A stretch of DNA of 64,000 bases from Saprospiraceae bacterium (GCA_019694295.1 JAIBCG010000005.1:5080-69079); one strand, 5' to 3'. Shown: positions 24,703-35,283, counted from the first letter of the stretch. Numbers and translations are program-made. The notes: generated from the letters alone by a model not told the origin.

Positions 24703-27700
24703 ATGAGAAAATATGCCTTTTTATTGCTGTATCTGTGTATAATTAGTTTTGCATGTAAGAAGAGCAATCAAAGCTTTTCAAATTCTGAAATCTTAAAAAG
24801 TCACATTGCTGCTTATACCTCAGGTGAAGTTTCAGCTGTAGCTCCTGTGATTGTCCAGCTGGCAAATGATGTAGTAGAACAAGACCTTGTAGGGCAACCA
24901 GCTGATGATAAGCTCCTTTCTTTTGAACCAAAAATATCCGGAACTGCAGTATGGATTGATGCCAGAACACTGAAATTTACACCATCAGAAAAACTGAAAT
25001 CAAATACGGCATATAAGGCAACGCTAAATATAGCTTCTCTAATCAAAAATTTACCTAAAGAGGCTTCTAATTTTTACTTCGATTTTAAGACAAAAGCACA
25101 GGGAATTTATCTTGATGCTGACCCAGCTGTCTATTCTGAAACAGACCAAAAGTTCAGTGTTGCTGGCATGGTCGAACTAAATGATGTAGGCGACCTAGAA
25201 GAGGTGAAGAAATGTATTACGTCCACATTTTCCGGTAGTAAAAAAGACATTAACTGGGAAGAAACCGATTTAAAAAACGCGAAAAGTACTTTCCGTTTCT
25301 CAATTAATAATCTTGTTATACCAGCAGCTGACCAGAACCTTGAAATATTTTTAAACGGAAGTCCACTCGGCACAAAAGATAAACTCTCGAAAAAGATAGT
25401 CATTCCTTCTACTAAGGGATTCAGGTTTATTGATTCAAAGGTACAGAATGTGCCGGATCAGGTAGTTAAGATTTACTTCAATACTCCGATCAGTCTTAAA
25501 CAGGACCTCACAGGCCTCGTTCAGCTGAGTAACAATGCTGACCACATCCTTGATGTCGAATCGAATGTATTGTACATTTATCCTACTACAAGGTTATCAG
25601 GCGATTTTAAGCTGACCATTGATAAAAGCCTTAACAACCAAGAAGGTAAACAACTCAGTGAACCACTACTGATTGATATAAAATTTGAAGATCTCAAACC
25701 TGCAGTCATTGTGGGTAATAAAAATATGATATTGCCCGATTCGGGCAAACTGCTCCTGCCATTTCAGGCTGTATCTCTTAATGCAGTGGATGTAGAAATT
25801 TTTAAGATTTACAATTCTAACATTCTGCAGTACCTACAGGCAGAAAATCAATACGATATCAATCTCGAACAGGTAGGGAAAATCATTTCTCAACAAAAGA
25901 TTGTACTTGACAATAGCGGCCTAGCCTCTAATACGCTTAAATACAAAAAATACAGTATCGATCTTTCAAAAATAATAGCTCCTGAGCCTGATGCTTTCTA
26001 TCAGGTGCGCATTGGTTTTAGGCCAGAATATTCTACTTACACATGCGATGAACCATTGCCTTCAAGTACTACAAGTAGCTACAAACCGGGCAGTTGGGGC
26101 TATCATGCAGAGTTCAGTGAGGGCCAATTTACTTCTATCATGAATTACTACGATGGTTATTTTGGCTTTGGACCTGATGACGAGTGGGATTCAAGAGAAA
26201 ACCCATGTCACCCAATGTACTACAACTCAAGTCGGTTTCTGAATGTTATGGTATATTCAAGCAACATCGGTCTGATTGCCAAATCGGGTAAAGCTGGTGA
26301 AGTAATGGTTATCGCTACTGACCTCAATACAACAAAACCATTAAATGGAGTGGATATAACATTCTATGACTATCAACTACAGCAGGTAAAGACGGCCAAA
26401 ACCAATGCTGATGGTATTGCTATGGCTACAGGATTCAAGGTAAAACCATTTGCAGTTGTCGCTCAGCAAGGTGGCAGAAAGGGCTACCTCCGACTGATGG
26501 ATAACGAAGCACTTAATATAAGTCAGTTCGATGTGGTAGGTGAAGACGTACAGAAGGGTGTAAAGGGCTTTTTGTATGGAGAGAGGGGAGTGTGGCGACC
26601 CGGTGATTCACTTTACCTCAATTTTATGATGCAGTCAGGTGATCAGACTAATATTCCGGACGGTGTGCCGGTCAATTTCGAATTTTTTGATTCGCGTGGA
26701 ATACTTCAAAGTTCGCAGGTTCTATCTTCATCCTCAGACAGACTTTATCCGATATACATTGCCACCAGGCCCGATGCAGTTACGGGCAACTGGAAAGCAG
26801 TTCTTAAAGTAGGTGGAGCAGTATTTAATTTTCCTGTCAAAATTGAAAATATCAAGCCTAATAGAATGCGAATAAAGCTTGATTTCGGCAAAAAAGAACT
26901 GACATCAAGCGACGAACCTGTCAACTGCATACTTTCTGCCAACTGGTTGTATGGTGCTCCCGCTAAAAACTTAGATGCCCGTATTGATGTGTCTATGTGG
27001 CAGTCTAAAGAAGGGTTTAAAAAATTTCAGGATTTCCGGATTAATAATATCCGCGAGGCTCCATTTTATACTACATTCGAGTGGTTTAAGGGCAGATTAA
27101 ATGATCTTGGGAATACGAAAATTTCACAAAAACTTCTGCCCAAAGAATCGAACGCAACTGGGCCAATGGTAGTCAATTTTAAAACAAAAGTTTTCGAACA
27201 AGGTGGCGAACCAAATGTTGATAATGTCAATGTCACTTACCATCCGTTCAATAGATATTGTGGCGTGTCTGTATTGAAAAACAGCTATGGTGCTCCTACA
27301 TATAACGTAAACGAAAATGTGCCGATTTCTCTTGCCAGTATTAGTACAGATGGTAATGGTATCAGCCAGACAGCCCTCAAAGTTGAAATTTTCAGGGTTG
27401 ACTGGTCTTGGTGGTGGGATGAAGATAATTCTAACTCGTACAGCTATTATAAGTCTGAAATGGAAAATCCTATACAGAGCTATTCTGTAAAAACAAATGC
27501 ACAGGGTAAAGCTAATGTGCAATTTAAGTCAGCCGAATGGGGTAGGTATTACGTACGTGTTACAGATCCGGTATCGGGGCACACCTCCGGTGAATATTTC
27601 TATTGTGGTTATCCTGAAACAGAAGATAACTATAATGCCATCCGTGCAGCAAGCATCGTTCCGGTCATGAGCGACAAAGAAAATTATAATGTTGGCGAAG

Positions 27701-30282
27701 AGGTCAAACTAAAACTTGAATGTCCGGATAAGGCACGGGTACTCGTAAGCCTCGAAAATGGATCTAAAGTAGTAAAAGCTATGTGGTATGATGCCGTGAA
27801 AGGCAATAATGAATTTAAGTTCAAAACCACAGCAGAAATGTCTCCTAATGTGTATGCCAATGTAAGTATTGTACAGCGATTTGGGCAGAATGTAAATGAT
27901 ATGCCGGTGCGTATGTATGGTATCATTCCGATAAAGGTGGAAGATAAAAATACCCGCCTCAACCCTGTTATCAGCATGCCGTCTGAACTCAAACCTTCAA
28001 TGCGTTCAAGCATAACAATAAACGAACAAAGTGGAAAAGCTATGTCGTACACCATTGATATAGTAGATGAAGGATTGCTTGACCTGACACATTTCGCCAC
28101 TCCCGATCCTTGGAAAAAATTCTTCGCACGCGAAGCACTTGGTGTAAAGACTTGGGATTTGTTCGACCGCTTGGCAGGTACTTTTACTGAGTCGTCCAGC
28201 CAAATACTCAGCATAGGTGGCGATGCCGGCAAGGCACCAAATCCTGATAAACAACGTGCTATACGCTTCAAACCTATGGTGGTCCACCTAGGGCCGTTCC
28301 GACTCGAAAAAGGCAAAAAGGCAACACATAACTTTACTGTCCCAAATTATATCGGTTCGGTGAGGGCAATGGTTGTGGCAATCGGTGACGGTGCCTATGG
28401 CAATGCGGAGAAAACAATCCCGGTACGATCTCCTTTGATGGTGTTGGCTTCATTTCCGAGGGTGATAGGTGTTGGCGAGACCATCAAAGTGCCGGTGAAT
28501 GTTTTTACGACAAACGACAAGGTGAAAAACGTATCTGTTACTGTCTCGGACAAGGCAGGGCTGTTACAGAATAAGTCAAATGCACAGGTAGTGAGCTTTT
28601 CAAAAGCTGATGAAAAAGTCGTGTATGTTGACCTTACAGCCGGGGACAGGGAGGGAATTTCAAAAATTACCATACATGCAAAAGGAAATGGCGAAACTGC
28701 CTACCAAGAAATAGAAGTAGATATACGCAATCCGAACCCGGTACAGACAACACTTGTGTCCTCGGTAGTACAGAGTGGAAAAACAGCTGATATCAACCTC
28801 GCATTCAACGGAGTGAAAGGTACAAATAAAGCAACACTGGAGGTTTCTTCAATGCTGCCAGTCAACCTTAGTAAAAATTTACAGTACCTGATTAGTTATC
28901 CGCATGGTTGTATTGAACAGATAACTTCTGGTGCATTTCCTCAACTGTATGTGTCCAACTTTACAAAACTTTCGCCAAAACAACAGTCCGAAACAGAACG
29001 GATTGTGAAATCGGTTCTCAATCGGTATAAGAACTATGCAAACGCTGATGGAGGTTTTAATTATTGGCCGGGTGGCAATTATTCCAATAATTGGGCTACC
29101 ATCTATGCCGGGCATTTCATGGTTGAGGCAAAAAATGCCGGATACAATGTTCCAAACAACCTGCTCGAATCGTGGATCAAGTCTCAAAGAAAAATGGCTT
29201 CTGTTTGGAGTGCAAAGCAATACGAATCCGGACTGTACGAGGCAAATTCTACGCTTGTGCAGGCATACAGATTATATGTTCTGGCGCTTGGTCGCTCGGC
29301 CGATAAAGGTGCGATGAACCGACTTCGGGAAGTAGCCAGACTTGACCGCACCAGTATTGCATTGTTAGCTGCAGCTTACGCGCTTGATGGTAAAAAGGAA
29401 ATAGCACGAACACTTATTAACATGAAGACAGGATCAATCCCTACCTACGATTACGCCGGCTATACGTATGGTTCAGAATTGAGGGATGAGTCTATCTTGC
29501 TCGAAACTTACCAGCTCTGCGGAATGTCCGAACAGGCAGACAAACTCGCTGTTGACATCAGTAAATACCTGAACAAACACGGCACAAGATACAGTACCCA
29601 AACACTCGCTTTCTCTTTGAGTGCTTTGGGCAAATATATAGGCAGAAATACTAAGGCCGGCAGGGAATTACATTTTGCATATAGCCTCGATGGAAAAAAG
29701 GAAATTACTGTAAAAACAAAGGACGCTATCATGCTCATCGAACTGAATACAGATGAGGCTGCAACAGGAAAACTCAAATTAAGAAACCTTGGTTCTGCTC
29801 CACTTTATTCAAGTGTAACACTTACAGGCAAACCAGCAATGGGTAAGGAACTCGAAGACGCTCGCAATCTTGAAATGACGATGCGCTTTACTGATTTAAA
29901 TGGCCAGCAACTCGATCCGCAAAAACTTACCAGAGGAAAGGAATTTATAGTCAGTATCCAAGTACGCAACCCGGGTTCGCTAAGCTGGGATTATACCAAT
30001 CTGGCCCTTACTCAGGTGTTCCCATCGGGATGGGAAATCAACAATCCGAGAATGAGTGATGTGAATTTTGCACGCTCTTCAGGTGGTATTGAGTATCAGG
30101 ATTTTCGTGATGACAGGGTCTTGAGTTATTTCGGCCTGGGCAGAAACAGAGAGATGAACGTTCAGATTCAACTCACAGCAGCATATCCTGGCAGGTATTA
30201 TCTTCCGGGTACACAATGCGAGGCCATGTACGATGGGGAAGTTTATTCGCATAAAAAAGGTATGTGGGTGACAGTTTTGTAG
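24703..30282 (+). CDS. bacterial alpha-2-macroglobulin family lipoprotein with thioester motif
   Basis: 1859 aa. Lipoprotein-like signal ...LCIISFAC. The thioester region YPHGCIEQ has CIEQ at 28909-28920 (codon 1403). Size and layout are typical of YfhM/ECAM-like proteins. Confidence 0.85.
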   Translation: MRKYAFLLLYLCIISFACKKSNQSFSNSEILKSHIAAYTSGEVSAVAPVIVQLANDVVEQDLVGQPADDKLLSFEPKISGTAVWIDARTLKFTPSEKLKSNTAYKATLNIASLIKNLPKEASNFYFDFKTKAQGIYLDADPAVYSETDQKFSVAGMVELNDVGDLEEVKKCITSTFSGSKKDINWEETDLKNAKSTFRFSINNLVIPAADQNLEIFLNGSPLGTKDKLSKKIVIPSTKGFRFIDSKVQNVPDQVVKIYFNTPISLKQDLTGLVQLSNNADHILDVESNVLYIYPTTRLSGDFKLTIDKSLNNQEGKQLSEPLLIDIKFEDLKPAVIVGNKNMILPDSGKLLLPFQAVSLNAVDVEIFKIYNSNILQYLQAENQYDINLEQVGKIISQQKIVLDNSGLASNTLKYKKYSIDLSKIIAPEPDAFYQVRIGFRPEYSTYTCDEPLPSSTTSSYKPGSWGYHAEFSEGQFTSIMNYYDGYFGFGPDDEWDSRENPCHPMYYNSSRFLNVMVYSSNIGLIAKSGKAGEVMVIATDLNTTKPLNGVDITFYDYQLQQVKTAKTNADGIAMATGFKVKPFAVVAQQGGRKGYLRLMDNEALNISQFDVVGEDVQKGVKGFLYGERGVWRPGDSLYLNFMMQSGDQTNIPDGVPVNFEFFDSRGILQSSQVLSSSSDRLYPIYIATRPDAVTGNWKAVLKVGGAVFNFPVKIENIKPNRMRIKLDFGKKELTSSDEPVNCILSANWLYGAPAKNLDARIDVSMWQSKEGFKKFQDFRINNIREAPFYTTFEWFKGRLNDLGNTKISQKLLPKESNATGPMVVNFKTKVFEQGGEPNVDNVNVTYHPFNRYCGVSVLKNSYGAPTYNVNENVPISLASISTDGNGISQTALKVEIFRVDWSWWWDEDNSNSYSYYKSEMENPIQSYSVKTNAQGKANVQFKSAEWGRYYVRVTDPVSGHTSGEYFYCGYPETEDNYNAIRAASIVPVMSDKENYNVGEEVKLKLECPDKARVLVSLENGSKVVKAMWYDAVKGNNEFKFKTTAEMSPNVYANVSIVQRFGQNVNDMPVRMYGIIPIKVEDKNTRLNPVISMPSELKPSMRSSITINEQSGKAMSYTIDIVDEGLLDLTHFATPDPWKKFFAREALGVKTWDLFDRLAGTFTESSSQILSIGGDAGKAPNPDKQRAIRFKPMVVHLGPFRLEKGKKATHNFTVPNYIGSVRAMVVAIGDGAYGNAEKTIPVRSPLMVLASFPRVIGVGETIKVPVNVFTTNDKVKNVSVTVSDKAGLLQNKSNAQVVSFSKADEKVVYVDLTAGDREGISKITIHAKGNGETAYQEIEVDIRNPNPVQTTLVSSVVQSGKTADINLAFNGVKGTNKATLEVSSMLPVNLSKNLQYLISYPHGCIEQITSGAFPQLYVSNFTKLSPKQQSETERIVKSVLNRYKNYANADGGFNYWPGGNYSNNWATIYAGHFMVEAKNAGYNVPNNLLESWIKSQRKMASVWSAKQYESGLYEANSTLVQAYRLYVLALGRSADKGAMNRLREVARLDRTSIALLAAAYALDGKKEIARTLINMKTGSIPTYDYAGYTYGSELRDESILLETYQLCGMSEQADKLAVDISKYLNKHGTRYSTQTLAFSLSALGKYIGRNTKAGRELHFAYSLDGKKEITVKTKDAIMLIELNTDEAATGKLKLRNLGSAPLYSSVTLTGKPAMGKELEDARNLEMTMRFTDLNGQQLDPQKLTRGKEFIVSIQVRNPGSLSWDYTNLALTQVFPSGWEINNPRMSDVNFARSSGGIEYQDFRDDRVLSYFGLGRNREMNVQIQLTAAYPGRYYLPGTQCEAMYDGEVYSHKKGMWVTVL

Positions 30283-30338
30283 TAATTTTGAACCCTCAAG
30301 CAAGTTTTGTTGTTCTGTTAGAATATTGAAAGAAAATA

Positions 30339-30929
30339 GTGAAAAGACAAGTAGAAACAAAAGTGCCTACTACCTGGGGCAATTATAAGGTGATCGCTTA
30401 TGCAGACTCGGAAGATGAACAAAATCCGACAATGGCATTTGTACATGAAGATATAAACATCCACGAGCCTGTAATGGTTCGGCTTCATTCAGAATGCCTT
30501 ACCGGTGACGTTTTTCATTCACTTAAATGTGACTGCGGGCCTCAGCTCGAAAAATCGATGCAAATGATCCGTGAAAACAAGGGTGTACTTATTTACTTGC
30601 GCCAGGAGGGTCGAAATATTGGGCTCATCAACAAGCTTAAAGCTTACCAGCTACAGGATACAGGAATGGATACATTTGAAGCAAATGTAGCACTTGGTTT
30701 TGATTACGACCAGCGAAAATATGATCTTGCTGTCGAAATCCTCGAAGATCTCGGTATAAGCCGGGTTCGACTGATTACGAATAATCCTGAAAAGATTGAG
30801 GCAATCGATAACTCAGCTACCATCGAACTCGTCGAACGTGTAAAAATTGACATTCCACACAACAGGTTTAATACAAAGTATCTCCAAGCAAAAAAAGAAA
30901 CAATGGGCCACCTTATCAATACAAAATAG
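30339..30929 (+). CDS. ribA: GTP cyclohydrolase II (monofunctional)
   Basis: RLHSECLTGDVFHSLKCDCGPQLE zinc/catalytic motif and YLRQEGRNIGLINK. GTG start. Confidence 0.9.
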   Translation: MKRQVETKVPTTWGNYKVIAYADSEDEQNPTMAFVHEDINIHEPVMVRLHSECLTGDVFHSLKCDCGPQLEKSMQMIRENKGVLIYLRQEGRNIGLINKLKAYQLQDTGMDTFEANVALGFDYDQRKYDLAVEILEDLGISRVRLITNNPEKIEAIDNSATIELVERVKIDIPHNRFNTKYLQAKKETMGHLINTK

Positions 30930-30934
30930 TATCG

Positions 30935-31726
30935 ATGCATAGCGAATCCACACAAGCATTCGAGCGTCTCCTTGGCATAATGGATGACCTTAGAGAAAAA
31001 TGCCCTTGGGATAGAAAGCAGACCATGCAATCTCTCCGCAATCTTACCATAGAAGAGGTGTTCGAACTGGCAGATGCCATCTCTGAAGGCGATGTCAATG
31101 GTGTAAAAGAAGAATTGGGCGACGTGATGCTCCACCTTGTATTTTATGGCAAAATTGCCGCCGAAAACTATGATTTTACCTTGGCCGAATCCATCCATGC
31201 AGTATGCGAAAAACTCATTTCTCGTCACCCGCACATCTATGCTGATGTTGTGGTACAAGGGGAGGAAGACGTAAAACGCAACTGGGAAAAACTCAAACTA
31301 AAGGAAGGTAAGAAATCGCTTCTCTCTGGTGTGCCAAAATCACTTCCGGCAATGATTAAAGCATATCGTATGCAAGAGAAAACAGCACAGGTGGGCTTCG
31401 AATGGGAAAATCCTGAACAAGTATGGGCAAAAGTACAAGAAGAACTTACCGAACTTCGTACAGAAATATTCAGCAATGAAAAGAATCAGGACAAAATAGA
31501 AGAAGAATTAGGTGATGTATTCTTTGCACTAATAAATTATGCACGTTTCATAGGTGTTGACCCCGAAAATGCTTTACAAAAGGTAAATAGCAAATTCAAA
31601 TCACGGTTCGAATATATTGAAGATCATGCACCAAGGCCTCTCAGTGAAATGACTCTTGAAGAAATGGATCTACTATGGAATCAGGCAAAGGGAAAGAACC
31701 ACAACTCTGAAGCGTTGAAATACTGA
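30935..31726 (+). CDS. mazG: nucleoside triphosphate pyrophosphohydrolase MazG
   Basis: Two MazG repeats: EEVFELADAISEGD...EELGDVMLHLVF and ELTELRTEI...EELGDVFFALINYARF. Confidence 0.9.
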   Translation: MHSESTQAFERLLGIMDDLREKCPWDRKQTMQSLRNLTIEEVFELADAISEGDVNGVKEELGDVMLHLVFYGKIAAENYDFTLAESIHAVCEKLISRHPHIYADVVVQGEEDVKRNWEKLKLKEGKKSLLSGVPKSLPAMIKAYRMQEKTAQVGFEWENPEQVWAKVQEELTELRTEIFSNEKNQDKIEEELGDVFFALINYARFIGVDPENALQKVNSKFKSRFEYIEDHAPRPLSEMTLEEMDLLWNQAKGKNHNSEALKY

Positions 31727-31780
31727 TCTGCATCTTGCTTCAAAGTAGCTTTTAGCCTGATTTGGCTGATATTTCCTGTG

Positions 31781-32782
31781 TTAAAACCTTCTTGCAATAA
31801 TCATAACCAGATCAGACAGGCGTGCCGAATAGCCTGCTTCATTATCGTACCACGCTACAACTGATACAAGATTGCCGGTGACTTTGGTCAGTGGAGCATC
31901 GAATATGCTTGAATGTTTATTGCCTATTATATCACTACTCACTAAAGGCACTTCATTATATTGCACAATACCCTTCATAGAGCCTTCGGCTGCCTTGCGA
32001 AATGCTTCGTTTATTTCGGCTTCTGTGACTTTTCTGGAAAGGATACAAGTGAGATCGGTGAGTGAACCCGTGATGACAGGTACACGCAGAGCTTTGCCGA
32101 ATAGTTTTCCCTGCACGCTTGGCCACACTTTAGCCACCGCTTCTGCTGCACCGGTGGTAGTAGGTACGATGTTCTGTGCGGCAGCTCTTGCTCTTCGTAG
32201 GTCTTTGTGCGGGGCATCCTGCAGTCGTTGGTCGGCGGTGTAGGCATGCGTGGTGGACATCATCCCTTCTACAAAGCCAAACTGTTGGTCAAGTATCTTT
32301 ATGACCGGAGCAAGACAGTTGGTCGTACAGCTCGCATTCGAAAATACAATGTCATCTGCATCTATCTCTTCGTCATTGACACCTAACACGATGGTCTGCA
32401 CGTCTGCTCCTTTAGCCGGGGCAGAAATGATGACCTTTCGGGCACCGGCCGTATGATGCATCATAGCCTTTTCAAAATCCGTAAAGACACCGGTACATTC
32501 TATTACTACATCTATGGCGAGTTCTTTCCAGGGTAGTTCGAGGGGATTCTTGATTGCAAATACCTTTATTTTCTTGTCATCAAAATATAGGTATTCTTCA
32601 TCGCCTGTTATATGGTTTGGAAGGTGACCGTGGGCAGTATCATATTTGAGCAGGTGTGCAATGGTGCTGCTATCTGTTAGGTCGTTGATGGCTACAATTT
32701 CTATATCCGGCTCATTGGTGAGGTTTCTGAGTGTAAGTCTGCCTATTCTACCCATTCCATTAAATGCTATCCGCTTCATCAC
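31781..32782 (-). CDS. gap: type I glyceraldehyde-3-phosphate dehydrogenase
   Basis: NGMGRIGR NAD-binding motif and the active site SNASCTTNCLAP. Confidence 0.93.
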   Translation of the reverse strand: MMKRIAFNGMGRIGRLTLRNLTNEPDIEIVAINDLTDSSTIAHLLKYDTAHGHLPNHITGDEEYLYFDDKKIKVFAIKNPLELPWKELAIDVVIECTGVFTDFEKAMMHHTAGARKVIISAPAKGADVQTIVLGVNDEEIDADDIVFSNASCTTNCLAPVIKILDQQFGFVEGMMSTTHAYTADQRLQDAPHKDLRRARAAAQNIVPTTTGAAEAVAKVWPSVQGKLFGKALRVPVITGSLTDLTCILSRKVTEAEINEAFRKAAEGSMKGIVQYNEVPLVSSDIIGNKHSSIFDAPLTKVTGNLVSVVAWYDNEAGYSARLSDLVMIIARRF

Positions 32783-32884
32783 ATTGTATTAGTAAGAAAA
32801 TAAAACGCAATAAGTATATAATTAGTTCAACAAAGCCAACGAAAGTCGCATTTTTGAAAAATATTTAATTTTTTTTTAAAAATA

Positions 32885-32917
32885 TTTGGATACAAAAAAA
32901 GAATAGTCATATATTTG
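32885..32917 (+). promoter_or_regulatory. candidate promoter of tRNA-Glu
   Basis: TTTG at 32885-32888 and TAtaTTTG at 32910-32917, with the -7 box 18 nt upstream of the mature tRNA 5' end. Confidence 0.5.
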
Positions 32918-32934
32918 TGTCGCTTTTGGAAAAA

Positions 32935-33009
32935 GGCCCGTTCGTCTATCGGTTAGGACTCAAGATTTTCATTCTTGCAAGAGGGGTTCGATTCCCCTAC
33001 GGGCTACCA
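32935..33009 (+). tRNA. tRNA-Glu (anticodon UUC), CCA encoded
   Basis: Cloverleaf read by eye. Acceptor GGCCCGT/ACGGGCT, anticodon stem CAAGA/TCTTG with loop TTTTCAT, T arm AGGGG-TTCGATT-CCCCT. Confidence 0.9.
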
Positions 33010-33010
33010 A

Positions 33011-33040
33011 AGAGGCTCCATTCCGGATGCCTCTTTTTTA
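33011..33040 (+). terminator. intrinsic terminator after tRNA-Glu
   Basis: AGAGGC-tccattccggat-GCCTCT followed by TTTTTTA. Confidence 0.65.
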
Positions 33041-33215
33041 TTTCTAGTCTTTTCTCTTTGTTAAAATCCTAATTTTATAGGGCGCTATTGTTGCATGGAG
33101 TGCACTTGTCCATCTCTGCCTGAATAAATTGTATCTTAGTTTCCAGTTAGTGTAACTAAAAATGTTCTTTCTTAGGTGTTTCTTGGTCTGATGTTGTTTG
33201 GATAATTTGAATATT

Positions 33216-33932
33216 TTAAAGCGTACACAGGAATTTGTATTCCGGAGAGCAAAGAATAAGACAATGTTTTTCGCCTTTATACACTGCCTTTTCAAATGCA
33301 ATTCCTTTTTCATTCAATATTTGTATCAGGTCTGAAATGGTGTTTTTTTCACCTGAGCGCTGATAGTCATCCATGAAAATGATGAATTTTTCTTCAAGAT
33401 GATTATTTTTTACAATGTCAAGTACATCCGTCCGTGAATATTTGGATGTGCCAAAAGGACCATCCACTACAATAAGGTCAAACTTTTTTCCCTTTATCCT
33501 CTCCGTCAATCCATCATAAACATAAGGCTTCCCATGCTTGTAGGGCACTCTCGAAATGTCGGTCCTGAATATACAAGAGGAGTCAACAGGATTTCTGCCT
33601 GTAAAAAAAGATACCCATTTTTCATCATGTTCGACTATGGTATATACGCACTTAAAACTTTGAGCATACTGGCATAAAAGCTTTGATGTCTCGCCAAGAC
33701 CAAACTCCAAAATACTGCGAGGCTGAATCTCATTGTATATCCGGTACAGCAAATAAAGTGCTGGGTAGCCCACAGCCCAACGCCCGGGACTAAATGCCTG
33801 GTCCTTAAGCCAAGTAGAACCTACTATGGTATTATTAAAAATACTAGCCCACAGTAGCTCACTGGTTTTTCTCTTTACCAATATGGGCCAAGGTGTTAGT
33901 TTTTCTTTGATATACTCTAAATTAAAGGGCAT
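33216..33932 (-). CDS. putative class I SAM-dependent methyltransferase-like protein
   Basis: 238 aa. ILEFGLGETS resembles methyltransferase motif I, and DLIVVDGP resembles the post-II/IV region. The assignment is weak. Confidence 0.4.
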   Translation of the reverse strand: MPFNLEYIKEKLTPWPILVKRKTSELLWASIFNNTIVGSTWLKDQAFSPGRWAVGYPALYLLYRIYNEIQPRSILEFGLGETSKLLCQYAQSFKCVYTIVEHDEKWVSFFTGRNPVDSSCIFRTDISRVPYKHGKPYVYDGLTERIKGKKFDLIVVDGPFGTSKYSRTDVLDIVKNNHLEEKFIIFMDDYQRSGEKNTISDLIQILNEKGIAFEKAVYKGEKHCLILCSPEYKFLCTL

Positions 33933-34065
33933 TTTTCGGATTTTGCTGCTAAATTATAAATTATTCAGATAATAGGTGAATATTGACTGTAACAAAGCCA
34001 TAGACCTACAAACTAAATTGCTATAAAACCGGAAATACCGAAATACAAATTATGCCCAAACATCT

Positions 34066-35283
34066 CTATTTGGCAACAACAAACTTTAGGCTCTCAGAGA
34101 ATGCTCCTCCGTTCAGTACAACACTGTAGGTGCCGACAGGAAGTGCAGTTGTTGACAGATTGTATTCTTTGGTTTTGGCTGCAATAATCGAGGTGTGCGC
34201 AATCCTTCCTGAACCAAGGTCAACGATATCGAGCTTGGTGTCATCTGTAAGTGCATCTGAAAAACTTAGTGTAAGCTGGCCAACGGCTACGGCAGGATAG
34301 AGCGATACACTACCCGACTGTGAGATGCGAATGCTCTTAACAGGGCTATAAGTAAAGCCACCATCTGTATCAGTCTGTTTTAGTCTGTAGTAATTGATTC
34401 CGTTGAATGGCTTGCTATCTGTATATGAATAATTAAGAAATTGTTGAGAATCGCCTGCACCGTTAATCTTCGCTATGCTTTCGAAGTGGCTACCGTCGTT
34501 TGATTTTTCTACATCAAATCCTGCATTGTTCTGCTCAGATGCTGTTTGCCATTCTATCATAACATCTTTATTGGATTTTCTAAGAACAAACAAACTTAGG
34601 TCAACCGGAAGCACTGCGGCAGTCTTGCCGGGTGTTATCTGTCTGCCTGAATACGTACCGTCTGACACACTCATACCCATGATATCACCTGTCATATTGG
34701 CAAAGTTCCACTGATTGTTATAGTAAAACAGGAAGCCTTTGCCATAAGGGTTTTGAATGTAGGTGCCGCCGAAGTCATCAGCATATATGAGCTTGCTGTT
34801 AACACCTTGTTTTGTGGAAATAGAGGTAACGACATTTGACCATGGTGTGATATCTGCAGTACCATCGTCATTGGTATCAATGTCATCTCCTTCATTACCT
34901 GTGAAGCCGGAAACTATGACGAAAGTATTGGTGCCATTGAACAAATTGGGTTTGAAGTTTTCAACTGCAACCTCAGTTTCAGGATCCGGGCCTGGAGCAA
35001 TCTCTGTTGAAGCATCGCGTATAAGTAATAGTCCGTTAGCACCCAATGAGTAGGAGCCAAGGTCGATAACTGTACGCATCACACCTGCTTCAGTACTATT
35101 CGCTTTTCCAATAATATTGATAAAATGCATACCTGTCAGAGGCATACCGGGCGTTCCGGTTATTTCAATAAATTCGAGTCCATTATCTGTAGAAGAGGTA
35201 TGAAACAAAATCGACCTGAAACTCTGACTGAGACCACAGTATGCAAATAATAATGTAAAAATCGCTGTAAAAATACCTTTCAT
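34066..35283 (-). CDS. secreted protein with T9SS type A C-terminal sorting domain
   Basis: Signal peptide MKGIFTAIFTLLFAYCGLSQ. Central LPVDLSLF...IEWQTASEQNNAGFDVEKSNDGSHF module. C-terminal CTD-like ...GTYSVVLNGGAFSESLKFVVAK. Confidence 0.7.
   Translation of the reverse strand: MKGIFTAIFTLLFAYCGLSQSFRSILFHTSSTDNGLEFIEITGTPGMPLTGMHFINIIGKANSTEAGVMRTVIDLGSYSLGANGLLLIRDASTEIAPGPDPETEVAVENFKPNLFNGTNTFVIVSGFTGNEGDDIDTNDDGTADITPWSNVVTSISTKQGVNSKLIYADDFGGTYIQNPYGKGFLFYYNNQWNFANMTGDIMGMSVSDGTYSGRQITPGKTAAVLPVDLSLFVLRKSNKDVMIEWQTASEQNNAGFDVEKSNDGSHFESIAKINGAGDSQQFLNYSYTDSKPFNGINYYRLKQTDTDGGFTYSPVKSIRISQSGSVSLYPAVAVGQLTLSFSDALTDDTKLDIVDLGSGRIAHTSIIAAKTKEYNLSTTALPVGTYSVVLNGGAFSESLKFVVAK

Noticed and set aside
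27684-28316. 210-aa minus-strand ORF inside the A2M gene (also 30704-31258 across ribA/mazG and 54567-54902 in the AsmA tail)
   Set aside because: These are antisense to strongly supported genes, carry no motifs and have skewed composition. I treat them as shadow ORFs.
30283-30338. FMN riboswitch upstream of ribA
   Set aside because: The spacer is only 56 nt and lacks the conserved FMN-element helices. It is too short to hold the aptamer.
33044-33313. 89-aa highly basic minus-strand ORF
   Set aside because: It overlaps the 3' end of the methyltransferase-like gene and the tRNA terminator region. Its Lys/Arg-rich low-complexity sequence is typical of AT-rich non-coding DNA.
32935-35283. Integrative island at tRNA-Glu
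   Set aside because: I could see no integrase, no direct repeat of the tRNA 3' end and no clear compositional break. It is kept only as a low-interest positional note.
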